Assembly: GCA_000182565.2 (NCBI GenBank)
Contig: KQ257451.1
Reading direction: 5' to 3' (one strand)
DNA length: 64,000 bases
Source: Spizellomyces punctatus DAOM BR117
Lineage: Eukaryota
Positions 17,286 through 27,684 of the stretch are shown piece after piece. Numbering within the stretch: position 1 is the first letter of the stretch; every line of letters begins with the position of its first letter. The notes beneath the pieces are model-generated. The model ran no database searches. It had not been told where the DNA came from and saw only the letters and a list, made by a program, of their open reading frames with translations. Made by a program: the position numbers and the translations under genes.

Positions 17286-18931
17286 TCACTGGAAGGCTAC
17301 TGTTGCTTTGCTAGATTCAACCTTTCCTCCTGAACCAACAAATCCAGTACCTTGTGTATTGACGAATTACAGCTGGGTTCAGGTGTCAAAAGAATTGCAC
17401 TGACTTGACAAGAAGCCTTACCTTCTCCACTCAGTTCAACAATATCCTTCTCTTTGCATTTCACTTCACATTGATGGCACTTTCGGGTTGGTTTTACAAA
17501 CCTGCTGCAGCAGCCCTTACAAAATGTATGTCCACAGGTTTTGAGCACTTTCCAGGGTAAAGGTTGCAGGCAGTCAATAAAGGTAGAAATGACTCGGATT
17601 CCTCATCACCGCATGTTGACCATACCTACTATCTTGGACCCGTTCGTAAATGTCTTCAAGCATGCCGGACAGATATATTGATCTTCATTTCCTTTTGCCA
17701 GTGTGAATTTGACTTCAACGAGCTTCTTAACTCTGCATTTAACAGCGCCGACTCCTCCATTATTATCTAGGGGACAACAAGAAGAAAGACGGAGACTTAC
17801 GTTACTGGATGATGCTTTTCACTAGCGGTGCACACGGTTTCCATTTTCGGAGCTTGTATTATGAGTGGTTTAGCATCGGGCGTTAATGACGGTATCCAAA
17901 AACTTGGAAGGCTTTTGTCTTTTGACTGCTCCTATATTATAGCGCTTTGTGCTAAGAAGTTTTAGGGTGGACCAGAGTTGAAACCAGACACCTACCATTG
18001 GCTTTTTAGTCCCCACTTCCCCAGAGGCATTTCGAGGATTACGTCCCTCACTATCATAGGTGTAGACAGTCCCCTCAGCCGTTGTAACAGGCGTATACAC
18101 TACAAGCAATTATTCCAACTTTTAAGTTAGTCGCCCTGATGTCCAGGCGGTTCCCAGTTGACGGTGATATCATACCTTTGCCGCCTAGCAGTTTTTTGCC
18201 TTCTCCGATGTCTGTCGCCTCTCGCATCATTGACGGGAGGAATTGTGTTTGTGTTTGCTCAAACATAGTGAGCTCAGCTTCTTTCGCTGCCAGTTCCGTC
18301 TGACGCCGACTCTCCTACACCAATTGTTAAAGGCTAAACCCCTCCAGTATCGGACAAGGATGAACTCCTATTACTTCCTGCTGCTCCTGTTGCTCCTTGT
18401 ATAACTTGAATTGGCGAGCGAGCTCCTTCTTCTGAGACAGAATATTTTCGTACATGCATTCCTAAAGGAAGAACGCATACGCAGTAGGGAATTTAGCAAA
18501 GGTCACTGCTTCCCGAGACTAGCAGAAAAGAAATCGTGATAAATCGCACCTTGCAAGACAAATGACCTTCAGTGCTACCGCAGGAAGGGAGAGGTCTGAG
18601 CAAATTGCAGTTCACCAGGCGACCCAGCTCAGAATGCTCACCAACAGAGGGGCTCTCGCGCCCGCTGCAAACAAAGGAAACAAGCATCGAAATTTCGCAT
18701 GGAATCCCTGCCAAGACGTTGCTAGCCGCCCATGCAGGTTAAGACTCTTTTAGTAATTTTAGTCGGTGTGCTTAACTTTACCTTTTGGGTTCCATAATTT
18801 AACTTTGCCTTCTCCGCCTGCGTGAAGAAGGCAAGAGCAGTATTGTTCTTCGAATGCCTTTCTCAAGTAGCCCAATTAAACGGCATGCATTAACGGTTTG
18901 AAGATACTCCTTAGATCAGTTACCTCGACAT
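17286..18931 (-). CDS. NOSIP: Nitric oxide synthase-interacting protein (NOSIP) homolog, RING/U-box
   Basis: MSRHSKNNTA (split by an intron), RLARDSMRNFDACFLCL, GHLSCKECMYENILSQK, PSKFLDT region, C-terminal RING CPACLKTFTN...CGHTFCKGC and GEGTGF motif. Confidence 0.88.
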
Positions 18932-19070
18932 TTGGAAATCGTTTTAAGATCTTGTCACCAGAGGTCCAAGGTAGATGCTTAGTTTTCGTCGCGCGTTAAC
19001 CAACGATTATGTAACAACCACATCCCGACAAGTAGTTGCAAAGCTTTCCTTCTTGTCACCACGGGTCACT

Positions 19071-21771
19071 ATGACATCTTATGGACCCCGCACATCGCTT
19101 CCTCCGGGTACTGCCTACCCCGGAGCTGCTGGAGGAGCCGCTCCAGCTGGCATGTATCAGATTCCGGAGGGGAAATCCACGACTACCATCTACTCCTTCA
19201 TTCGCGATGGGCGATATACGGACGTCATCAAGCTCTTGAGCAACGAACTAAATTCCTTTCCGGAAAGTCGTCCAATTCTTAGCTTAATGGCATACTGCTA
19301 TTTCATGCTGCAAGATTTTCAAGAAGCCGCGAATTGGTATGCTGTACAGCACGTTGAGGGCTTTCATGGCGTTTATAAACGTGCTCATGTGCAGTCCTTC
19401 CTGTGAAACTACTATTACAAAGCTACGAACAGCTTTCAAAATTTCATCCCGAGGTTGATGTGTACCGGCTGTACCACGCGCAAAGTTTGTACAAGGCCGG
19501 CTTGTATGATGAAGCACTCAAAGCGTCCGCCACTGTCGAAACAGGTGAATTTGGGGTCAAGGTATGAATGGCTTTCACCAGAAGTGAGCTACACAACTAA
19601 GAGATTCATATGTTAACGGTAACCCTCTCAAATGGCGGGTGACTACATTAGGTGCTTAAACTACAAGCAGCTATAAAGTATTGCACTAACGATCTGGGGG
19701 AGTGCAAGATCTTAAACGAACATAGTCCAGCAGATGACGCGGACAGCATTGTAAATCATGCCAGTCTCTTATTCAAAGTAATGTGCATCGACGATGTGTT
19801 TGAACTTGAAACTTCCCATCTGACTTACATATCCAAGGAAGGCAAATATGAAGATGCATGTGCACAGTATCTGGACGCGATGAAAATGATAGGATATCAA
19901 GCGGAACTCTCCTACTATGTAGCATTATGCCACTACATGCTGAAGCAATATGTGCCTGCACTGAAGTACATTGCCGATATAATTGAGCGAGGTATTCGAG
20001 AACATCCTGGTAGGTTTGGCTGTATATTTCCACTGTCTGGTATCATTCCATTGCAGGCTGATTATACGGTCGCTTCAAGAGCTCAGCGTTGGGATGGCCA
20101 CCGAAGGCATTGAAGTTCGCAGTGTTGGCAACTCGCAGATTTTGCATGAGACCTACTTGATCGAAGCCTTCAATCTAAAAGCTGCCATTGAATATCATTT
20201 GAAGAATCGTACGTGCTGCTTTGTCAATGATTTACATTGATAAGTTTTAACGCTATAAGTTGGACATGGAATCAGTTGATGCAGCCAGAGAAGCCTTGAC
20301 AGACATGCCGCCGCGACACGAGCAGGAGCTGGATCCGGTTACTCTGCATAATCAAGCCCTCATGAACATGGAGGACGATCCGACAGGAGGTTTCGAAAAG
20401 TTGAATTTCTTGTTGCAACAGGAGCCCTCTCCGCCAGAAGCCTTTGGCAACCTACTACTTCTCTACATCAAATATCAGTACATCGACCTTGCCGCCGATT
20501 TGATGGCAGAGAATCCACAATTAGCGTCCTCGACTTTGGAACCGGTAGGTTATTAGGGCTGTGGTATAGAATTACGTTAAGCCCAACTGATAATGGTTGA
20601 TAGTACCTTTACGAGTTTGTCGAGGCCACTTTACTGCGCCAATCATCTGCCGAAGAAGCCTACAACAGATTCGATGATCTCGCAACCAAGCACGCAGATA
20701 TTTTGCGTAAGTTGACCAGACAAGTGCAGGAGGCAAGGCAGAATCATGATGAAGAAGCTGTTAAGAGGGTCGTGAATGAATATGATGATGCCGTGGAAAG
20801 GTAAACCATTCGAGTGATGCGGGCAGGGTTACAGCGGAATAATCTCCCTTCCACTGTAGATATATTCCGGTCTTAATGGCACAGGCCAAGATCTATTGGG
20901 ATCGTGAGAACTATCATATGGTGGAAAAGATCTTTCGGAAGAGCGTTGAATTTTGCAACGAGCACGACATATGGAAACTCAATGTGGCTCATGTGCTGTT
21001 CATGCAAGAGAGTAAATACAAGGAAGCCATCTCTTTCTATGAACCAATAGTGAAGAAGCAGTATGACAACGTAAGTTGAGAGCTCTACCCGACTCCCAGT
21101 GAAGGACAGGCCGTTCATTTACTACGTATATTCAGATTTTGAGTGTTACGGCAATCGTCCTTGCCAACCTTTGCGTTTCTTACATCATGACCTCCCAAAA
21201 TGAGGAAGCGGAGGAGCTAATGCGAAAAATCGAGAAGGAGGAGGAACGTCTTGCTTATGATGACCCTTCAAAACGAACCTATCATCTCTGTATTGTCAAC
21301 TTGGTGATTGGTACTTTGTACTGTGCGAAAGGGAACTACGAATTTGGGATAAGTAGGATTATGAAGAGCTTAGAACCATTTAACAAGAAGGTCAGTATCA
21401 ATAGATCAAAATGCAAGCCTATCCGTGTCATTAATCGATTTGACATCTTTCCTTGCATCACGTAGTTGGGAACGGATACTTGGTACTATGCGAAACGCTG
21501 CTTTACCTCTCTGTTCGAGATGCTGGCAAAACATATGATATTGCTCAAAGACTCCGTGTTTCAAGAAGCCCTCCAATTTTTCGATAATTGCGAGCTTCAT
21601 GGTCGACAGATTCCGACCGTTGTAAATCCATCAGCACCAGCTTCTCCTGGCACTGCTGCAGTGGGAAGACCAGATGCAACTAGTTCAGCTCGGACACGTG
21701 ATGCTGCGAAGAACAACGTCAGTAGCGAGGCACGGCTTCTTAAAAGCCTGTATTTAAGACTGTACGAGTGA
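19071..21771 (+). CDS. TTC30: Intraflagellar transport protein IFT70/TTC30 (fleer/DYF-1), TPR repeats
   Basis: IIERGIREHPELSVG, EAFNLKAAIEY, AREALTDMPPR..ELDPVTLHNQAL, IVLANLCVSYIMTSQNEEAEELMRKIEKEE, HLCIVNLVIGTLYCAKGNYEFGISR, GTDTWYYAKRC. Confidence 0.96.
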
Positions 21772-21976
21772 ACTGTAATGAATATTGTAAAAAGTCTCAG
21801 AGCATATCTAATATTGAGGTGGAAAGAAATCCCAGCAGTTTGCCGAAAGCCAACTGCAGTACATTGATTATCCAGCTATGTACATGGTGTGCAATTATCT
21901 ACAAATGGCAAAAAGAACATGGTGTGGTTGTTTCTACTCGCCCACCGAGGAATCAACAGCTATACCACCGAACGAC

Positions 21977-24900
21977 TCATTTGGCGCACTCTACCGTACG
22001 TCCATTTCCATCTGATCGTGCCCGCCACACAATGTCATCAAGGATATCCTTGGCGATTTTACTAGCTGCTAGCTGTACTGAACGTTTCTTGAATCTTACC
22101 CCGACCGATTCCGGACTTTCATCAGCCAGAGCAGCACTCAAATGGTGCACCGCTACATCGTAGAGGAAAGGTGTTGATGACGATGTAACCTTGCCACTCG
22201 CAAGAGCACTTGCATACAACAGCAAAACTCTCTCCTCAGTTTCATACGGATAGTAAAATTGTGCCGCATCGTCTGCCGTTGGCAGTTGCGACTTCTCCAT
22301 CGTAAAGAGGTGTAACAGTTCCCTCAAATGGTCCCAAAAGAGCTCGCGATAGTCGGAAGGGTAATGCATGGCCAGAGGTAAAAGCAGGTAACGGGCAAAG
22401 ACCTCATCACCAAACGACACAGCACTATAGTGCTCCACCAACTCCTGATACAGCTGGAAAAACTTCCCGCTACCACCACATGCCTCGTCGAGTTCCGAAT
22501 CATTCCACCTGTGAGAACGTGTTCCGTAACGTAACAGCCCAGATGACAACAACTTATTAATATCGGTACGCCTAAACATCTCCTCATCGGTGGACGAAGG
22601 TAGCAGGAAAATGCACATCAAGCGAGCGATCTTGACTGGGTCCGGCAACCTTGTCATATACCATTGCGGTCGCACAATTCGGTCGACCCTTTCCCCTAAC
22701 GCTAAACATTCTGCAACCAAATCATTCGCGTCTTCTCTGTTCTTCTGTTCCCTCTTGGCTCCAATTAGGAGGTGTCCAAACTTCTTCGACTCAGCGAGCA
22801 GAAGGCCGAATGGAGACATTATCCAATCCAGTCGCACAGGCAAGGACGCGTTACCCTCCTGCTCATCTAATATGAGGGAATCCAGGCCCCGCGCCTCGCG
22901 CCCAAACAGTCCTTCCGACCGTTTTAGAGAGGCGTTATCATAGAGGCCGTAATCGAGAAACTCCTGCAAACGTTGTGGTGCAAGCTCCTGGGTTTCCACT
23001 TGCACTAGGGATTCATCCATCGCAATAAGGGTATTCTGGACGCGCGGATGCAATATAAACCTGTTTAGAAGCTTTGAAGCTACGCATTCTTCGCCGGGCA
23101 GGAGTTCCGGAAGTGCTGCGAGGGCTACCGCACAGCCGTATATTCCATCCATGGAATAGTTTACAGTTCCGTGTGACTGGAGGATCTCAGAAGCAAGAAG
23201 CCAAGAGCACAGGAGCATCCCCCTACCCGGCAGAAACCATCGAAGGATATCGCTATGCACAGCGATACGGTCGAGCGACTCAGCAGTTCCAGTGACCCAA
23301 CCAAGTACTTGATCAGTGCTTAATTGTTCAGATACGAATTCATCCCACTCGCGGCCGATACCTACAAATGATGAGCACAAAGTCATGAGGGAGCAACCGT
23401 ACTCAAAGTACGCATTAAGCTCAAGCATGGCGGTTGCAATTGAAGTGCGTGGCTTATTTTGCAACCCAACCAAATGTTGTCCTAGGGGTGGAGTGGCGAC
23501 AGGCACTTGGTTTGCGATAACTTCAATGGAAGACCTAGCGACGCTGAAATTCGGCATTGGTGTGCATCGGATATAGTCCATGATACTCGTCGCCTCTTGT
23601 ATAAAATTAAACCCGTCATCAGTTGGATCCGCCAAAACCTGCTTCCCATACAGCGCCAACATGTCGAAAGCCGCAGAATGAAGAAGATTGCCGCTGGCGT
23701 TCCGTTCCCTTTGGCCTGCGAGAACTTTTTTAAGCACCAAATCTGCAAAAGGCCGCAGAGCATGGTTCGGCGGACAAGTATCTGACATTCCTTCAGCAGA
23801 TTTTAAAAACGCCGTAATCATTCGCAGCAGGAGAATCTGGCTCCGGGCAATCGCCGTAGGCGTCGAAGGCGATGCTTCAGGCACCTCAGAACCGAATAGC
23901 TTTAGTGCACAACTCAAGATCGCTGAGTGGTAGTCATTGAACAACTGAATGCACAATCCATATGAAAAAAGAACACCCAGCAAAGACCATACTTCCGCCT
24001 GAAGGTACCAACTAAGTTCACGCGAACTGTCAGTCAGTTGGTCAGGGGCCAGCATAATAAATTTCATTGCATCCACGACGATGTGAAAGCGGATCAGGCT
24101 CTCAGCAATATCCCTACCACTCTGGCATAATAGTCGCAAAAGTTTGACGGCGTTCAAAGAGGCAGTCGACTGAGATTTGGATATGGAGGGCCATGGACCA
24201 CGTAGGAATTTATTATGTACCACATCCACCAGACCGGGACATTCCGCTATCTGAACCGCGGCTGCATGTGAATGCCGACATATGCGAATCAGAATTTGTA
24301 GGATATCATTCACAGCTTCGGCAGGTAAGTTACGAGATTGCAGGAGGTACCTGAACCGTGCGAGAATATCGGTAGAAATCAGGCCGAGTATGGCGTCACG
24401 TCGAATGAGTTGAATGACAGAACCTATTGAGCCGTCATGATCGATCTTCTCCGATGAAGGTTCCCGTCCAGAAGCGCGGGATTTGAAGTCCGCTTGATTC
24501 GAGACTGATATGGCATACGCTCGGTAACTCAGCCGGGTAAGAAGCACTTGATCCCAGCATTGCTCCTCGTCGTTATCAGTTAGCGACCCCGTCCCCACAC
24601 TTGCGGCAAGAGCGGCGAGGGAATTCGTCACAACGGTCTCGTGAGAGTCGTCCAGTGCGAATCGCAGATGCAGGAGTACATTTGCACGCAAAGAATGCCA
24701 AATCAAGGCTATTCCCCGTGCTTTGCCGTAGGCACCCGCATAAATATCTGCTATAATAGCACCCAAGACTCGCACGCTTGCGGCACGCTGGGCCTGGACC
24801 GTGCTTCTAGACAGGTGTAAAAGCTCGTCAAGAGTATAGCCAGGTGTCTCGGGATCAACCCCATGATGATGCAGACCTCGATGCACAGGAATTTGAGTAC

Positions 24901-25885
24901 CTCTCTCGATAATCCTTCCGGACAAATCAAAGCGCAACTCGGCTGCATTTGTCACCGCGCTGTTGTCAACGATATCGTCCTCCATAAAGCCTATCCATTC
25001 TAATTTTTCATGTTCCGCTTTATCTGCTGGAATCCACGTCTCAATGAAAGACTTAGGATTTCTGAGATTAATATTGTCTTTCATGGAAGTTGACAAATCT
25101 GGTGCTGTCAATTCCGATCGCCCGCCAGCAGAGCGCACGCTCGAATGTTCCCGTGCCTGCCCCAGACACGGTTGCTGCGACACTACGGGTGGCTCTACTA
25201 GGTCTTCTACGTGCGATTCATCACGTCCGTATTTCTGGTTCGCCCTTTGCAGAAGCATCTGGATCAAGGAAGGATCCAACTTTTCACGAATTTCCGCTTG
25301 CGCCTCCTCGATTTCTTGTGCAGACATTGACTGTAATGTCTGCAGATTCTGACCGTGTATATCTGGAGATTCGTCTCCACCTTCAAGACTAAGAAACTCA
25401 TTGAAGTGTGACCTCTGGTGTACGGACTCTGTGATTCTGGTCGAACACGCTCTAATTTGTTTTAGCCTTTGACTACGATGGACAACTGTAGGAAATCCAG
25501 CTGAAGGATGCGGCCCCGTAGGCGCCATCATGGAAGGCGGATCTGGGCTTCGTTCGTGAACATCAGACATCACCTCCCCGAAAAGAGCATCGGCGGAAAC
25601 GACTTCCCTATGCAGCCTTGGTATCTCAGACGCCTCCTTTGACTCTGCTACATCTTGTGCACCCTGCTCTCGTGCCCTACGCTCCGCAAATATCGATCGC
25701 TTTTTGCCGTTATCAGCAGCAGTCGTCAGCCGTGCACTCTTTGCGGGATCCTTAATTGGCTTTCCCGTTCCAGCTATACGCAAGGATTTGGCCGCTGGCT
25801 GCCGCCCACCCACAAAGCTTTCCTGCAGCTGCAGTAACGTGTCCTCATCGTCTTGGGGTGACGGGCGCTCCACACCACGGAACAT
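21977..25885 (-). CDS. RPAP1: RNA polymerase II-associated protein RPAP1/Rba50/MINIYO-like, single exon, 1302 aa
   Basis: LQSMSAQEIEEAQAEI..LDPSLIQML; LRFDLSG; GLHHHG..PGYTLDELLHLSRSTVQAQR; C-terminal HYSAVSFGDEVFA. Confidence 0.92.
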   Translation of the reverse strand: MFRGVERPSPQDDEDTLLQLQESFVGGRQPAAKSLRIAGTGKPIKDPAKSARLTTAADNGKKRSIFAERRAREQGAQDVAESKEASEIPRLHREVVSADALFGEVMSDVHERSPDPPSMMAPTGPHPSAGFPTVVHRSQRLKQIRACSTRITESVHQRSHFNEFLSLEGGDESPDIHGQNLQTLQSMSAQEIEEAQAEIREKLDPSLIQMLLQRANQKYGRDESHVEDLVEPPVVSQQPCLGQAREHSSVRSAGGRSELTAPDLSTSMKDNINLRNPKSFIETWIPADKAEHEKLEWIGFMEDDIVDNSAVTNAAELRFDLSGRIIERGTQIPVHRGLHHHGVDPETPGYTLDELLHLSRSTVQAQRAASVRVLGAIIADIYAGAYGKARGIALIWHSLRANVLLHLRFALDDSHETVVTNSLAALAASVGTGSLTDNDEEQCWDQVLLTRLSYRAYAISVSNQADFKSRASGREPSSEKIDHDGSIGSVIQLIRRDAILGLISTDILARFRYLLQSRNLPAEAVNDILQILIRICRHSHAAAVQIAECPGLVDVVHNKFLRGPWPSISKSQSTASLNAVKLLRLLCQSGRDIAESLIRFHIVVDAMKFIMLAPDQLTDSSRELSWYLQAEVWSLLGVLFSYGLCIQLFNDYHSAILSCALKLFGSEVPEASPSTPTAIARSQILLLRMITAFLKSAEGMSDTCPPNHALRPFADLVLKKVLAGQRERNASGNLLHSAAFDMLALYGKQVLADPTDDGFNFIQEATSIMDYIRCTPMPNFSVARSSIEVIANQVPVATPPLGQHLVGLQNKPRTSIATAMLELNAYFEYGCSLMTLCSSFVGIGREWDEFVSEQLSTDQVLGWVTGTAESLDRIAVHSDILRWFLPGRGMLLCSWLLASEILQSHGTVNYSMDGIYGCAVALAALPELLPGEECVASKLLNRFILHPRVQNTLIAMDESLVQVETQELAPQRLQEFLDYGLYDNASLKRSEGLFGREARGLDSLILDEQEGNASLPVRLDWIMSPFGLLLAESKKFGHLLIGAKREQKNREDANDLVAECLALGERVDRIVRPQWYMTRLPDPVKIARLMCIFLLPSSTDEEMFRRTDINKLLSSGLLRYGTRSHRWNDSELDEACGGSGKFFQLYQELVEHYSAVSFGDEVFARYLLLPLAMHYPSDYRELFWDHLRELLHLFTMEKSQLPTADDAAQFYYPYETEERVLLLYASALASGKVTSSSTPFLYDVAVHHLSAALADESPESVGVRFKKRSVQLAASKIAKDILDDIVWRARSDGNGRTVECAK

Positions 25886-26127
25886 TTTGGGCTCGCAAGA
25901 TCTGCCCGATCAGACATGGTCCAAAAGCTGTGGCGAGATCACGTGGAGAATGAGTCAAATGGATGACCCGCTGGCGAACAGAATCTCCGGCCATAGCGGA
26001 TATTTTTAGTTTTTGGGTCGTTTGACGTCGATACAAGTCCGTAAAGTTTCCTCCATTACCCTTATTTAAGTCGCTGTTGCATCCGCTTTCTTCTCGGCCT
26101 TTCGTGCGCCGGGTGTCCTGATGAGAA

Positions 26128-27408
26128 ATGATAACCCTACCAAGAGGCAGAACACTGCGCCTGCTAATTGGCACAATTCTCGTCGCCATAACTCTTGTAT
26201 GCCTGTCCAATTCCCTGTCCGCCCAAGACTCCGAATACGGCTTCCCCAACGGCATAGCCGAGAAAGCCTATCTTAACCGGATACTCCATCAGCCGGGCTC
26301 ACCCTACACCCGAGCGGATGTGGCTTTCGCTCAAAGGGCTGGGATAACATTGGTCGCAGTGGATAGCGTCGCAAACAACTCAGACACTCTTGGGAAACCG
26401 CGCGTACGTGGCGTTATAGTGATGCTCGCCCGGAATGATGACTTGTATGGTGCCAAGAACGCTATTGGGCAGCTCGAGAAGAGATTCAACCACAAGTACC
26501 ATTATCCGTATGTATATTTAAACGATGAGCCCTTCTCTGAAGACTTCAAAACTACGATGAGAGGGATATCACCAGAGTCGGATGTTCAGTTTGGCCTTGT
26601 TCCTAAAGAACACTGGTCATATCCGGATTGGATAAATCAGACAGTCGCAGCAAACGCTCGGTCAGAGATGGCTGCGAAAGATGTGATCTATGGGGGGAGC
26701 GAATCGTATCGTCACATGTGCCGCTTTAACTCGGGATTTTTCTTCCGCCATCCTTTACTTGACCAATATGATTACTACTGGCGCGTCGAGCCATCAGTGG
26801 AGTTTCTTTGCGACATTCCTGACGATCCGTTCCGGTATATGCAAGAAAACAATAAGCTGTACGGATTTACTGTTTCGCTCTACGAGTTCCCGGAAACGAT
26901 ACCTACTCTATGGAAAACAGTTCGTCAGTTCATGAATGAGCATCCTAGCTTCGTACGAAAGGACAATTCCATGCGCTGGCTTGGAAATAAGCCTGACGAG
27001 TATAATCTCTGTCACTTTTGGTCGAATTTTGAGATTGCCAGCCTTCACCTATGGCGATCCCGGGCGTACTTGGAGTTTTTCAATTACTTAGATAAAGCGG
27101 GTGGCTTTTTTTACGAGAGGTGGGGGGATGCTCCAGTTCACTCGATCGCTGTCAGCATGCTTTTAAAGCCCGCACAGATACACTTCTTCAACGAAATCGG
27201 CTACTACCACAATCCTATTATGCACTGCCCTGTGGATCAACCTGCCATGGCAGGTCGATGTCAGTGTGATGGTTCCGAAACATTTGACTTGCAACATTAC
27301 TCTTGTACAGGTCGTTGGTTTGACCTATTTGGGGGAGGAGAAGCGTCGAGGCGCGCCTTCAAACTCCAGCAAGAGCGCAAGCGTGCTGAAAGGTCTAAGC
27401 AGTCATAG
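26128..27408 (+). CDS. Alpha-1,2-mannosyltransferase, GT15 (KRE2/KTR/MNT1 family), single exon
   Basis: N-terminal TM; VMLARN, SYRHMCRFNSGFF, YYWRVEP, YNLCHFWSNFEI, GGFFYERWGDAPVHSIA. Confidence 0.96.
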   Translation: MITLPRGRTLRLLIGTILVAITLVCLSNSLSAQDSEYGFPNGIAEKAYLNRILHQPGSPYTRADVAFAQRAGITLVAVDSVANNSDTLGKPRVRGVIVMLARNDDLYGAKNAIGQLEKRFNHKYHYPYVYLNDEPFSEDFKTTMRGISPESDVQFGLVPKEHWSYPDWINQTVAANARSEMAAKDVIYGGSESYRHMCRFNSGFFFRHPLLDQYDYYWRVEPSVEFLCDIPDDPFRYMQENNKLYGFTVSLYEFPETIPTLWKTVRQFMNEHPSFVRKDNSMRWLGNKPDEYNLCHFWSNFEIASLHLWRSRAYLEFFNYLDKAGGFFYERWGDAPVHSIAVSMLLKPAQIHFFNEIGYYHNPIMHCPVDQPAMAGRCQCDGSETFDLQHYSCTGRWFDLFGGGEASRRAFKLQQERKRAERSKQS

Positions 27409-27684
27409 TATTAGTATTAAGCATATAGACTTCTGTATATATAATGCTAGATTTGTTTTATTGTTGTTTAATATGCATTTGACGTTTGAGAGGAACGCTA
27501 GCCTCGACATCTGGTATGAGATGTGGAAGATCCTGTACAAGTGTCAACAGAGGAGAGTTTGCTGATCATTCCATGCTATTGCTCTCATTGATGGAGTTCG
27601 CACATTTATACAATCGACACAAGATATGCCGGACATTTACATTCACCTACTAGAATCACGAATAGGAACGGCTCGAAAACCAAT

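Noticed and set aside
19055-19069. GTCACC-ACG-GGTCAC, a possible RFX X-box before IFT70
   Set aside because: The second half-site mismatches RGYAAC and it abuts the ATG; too weak.
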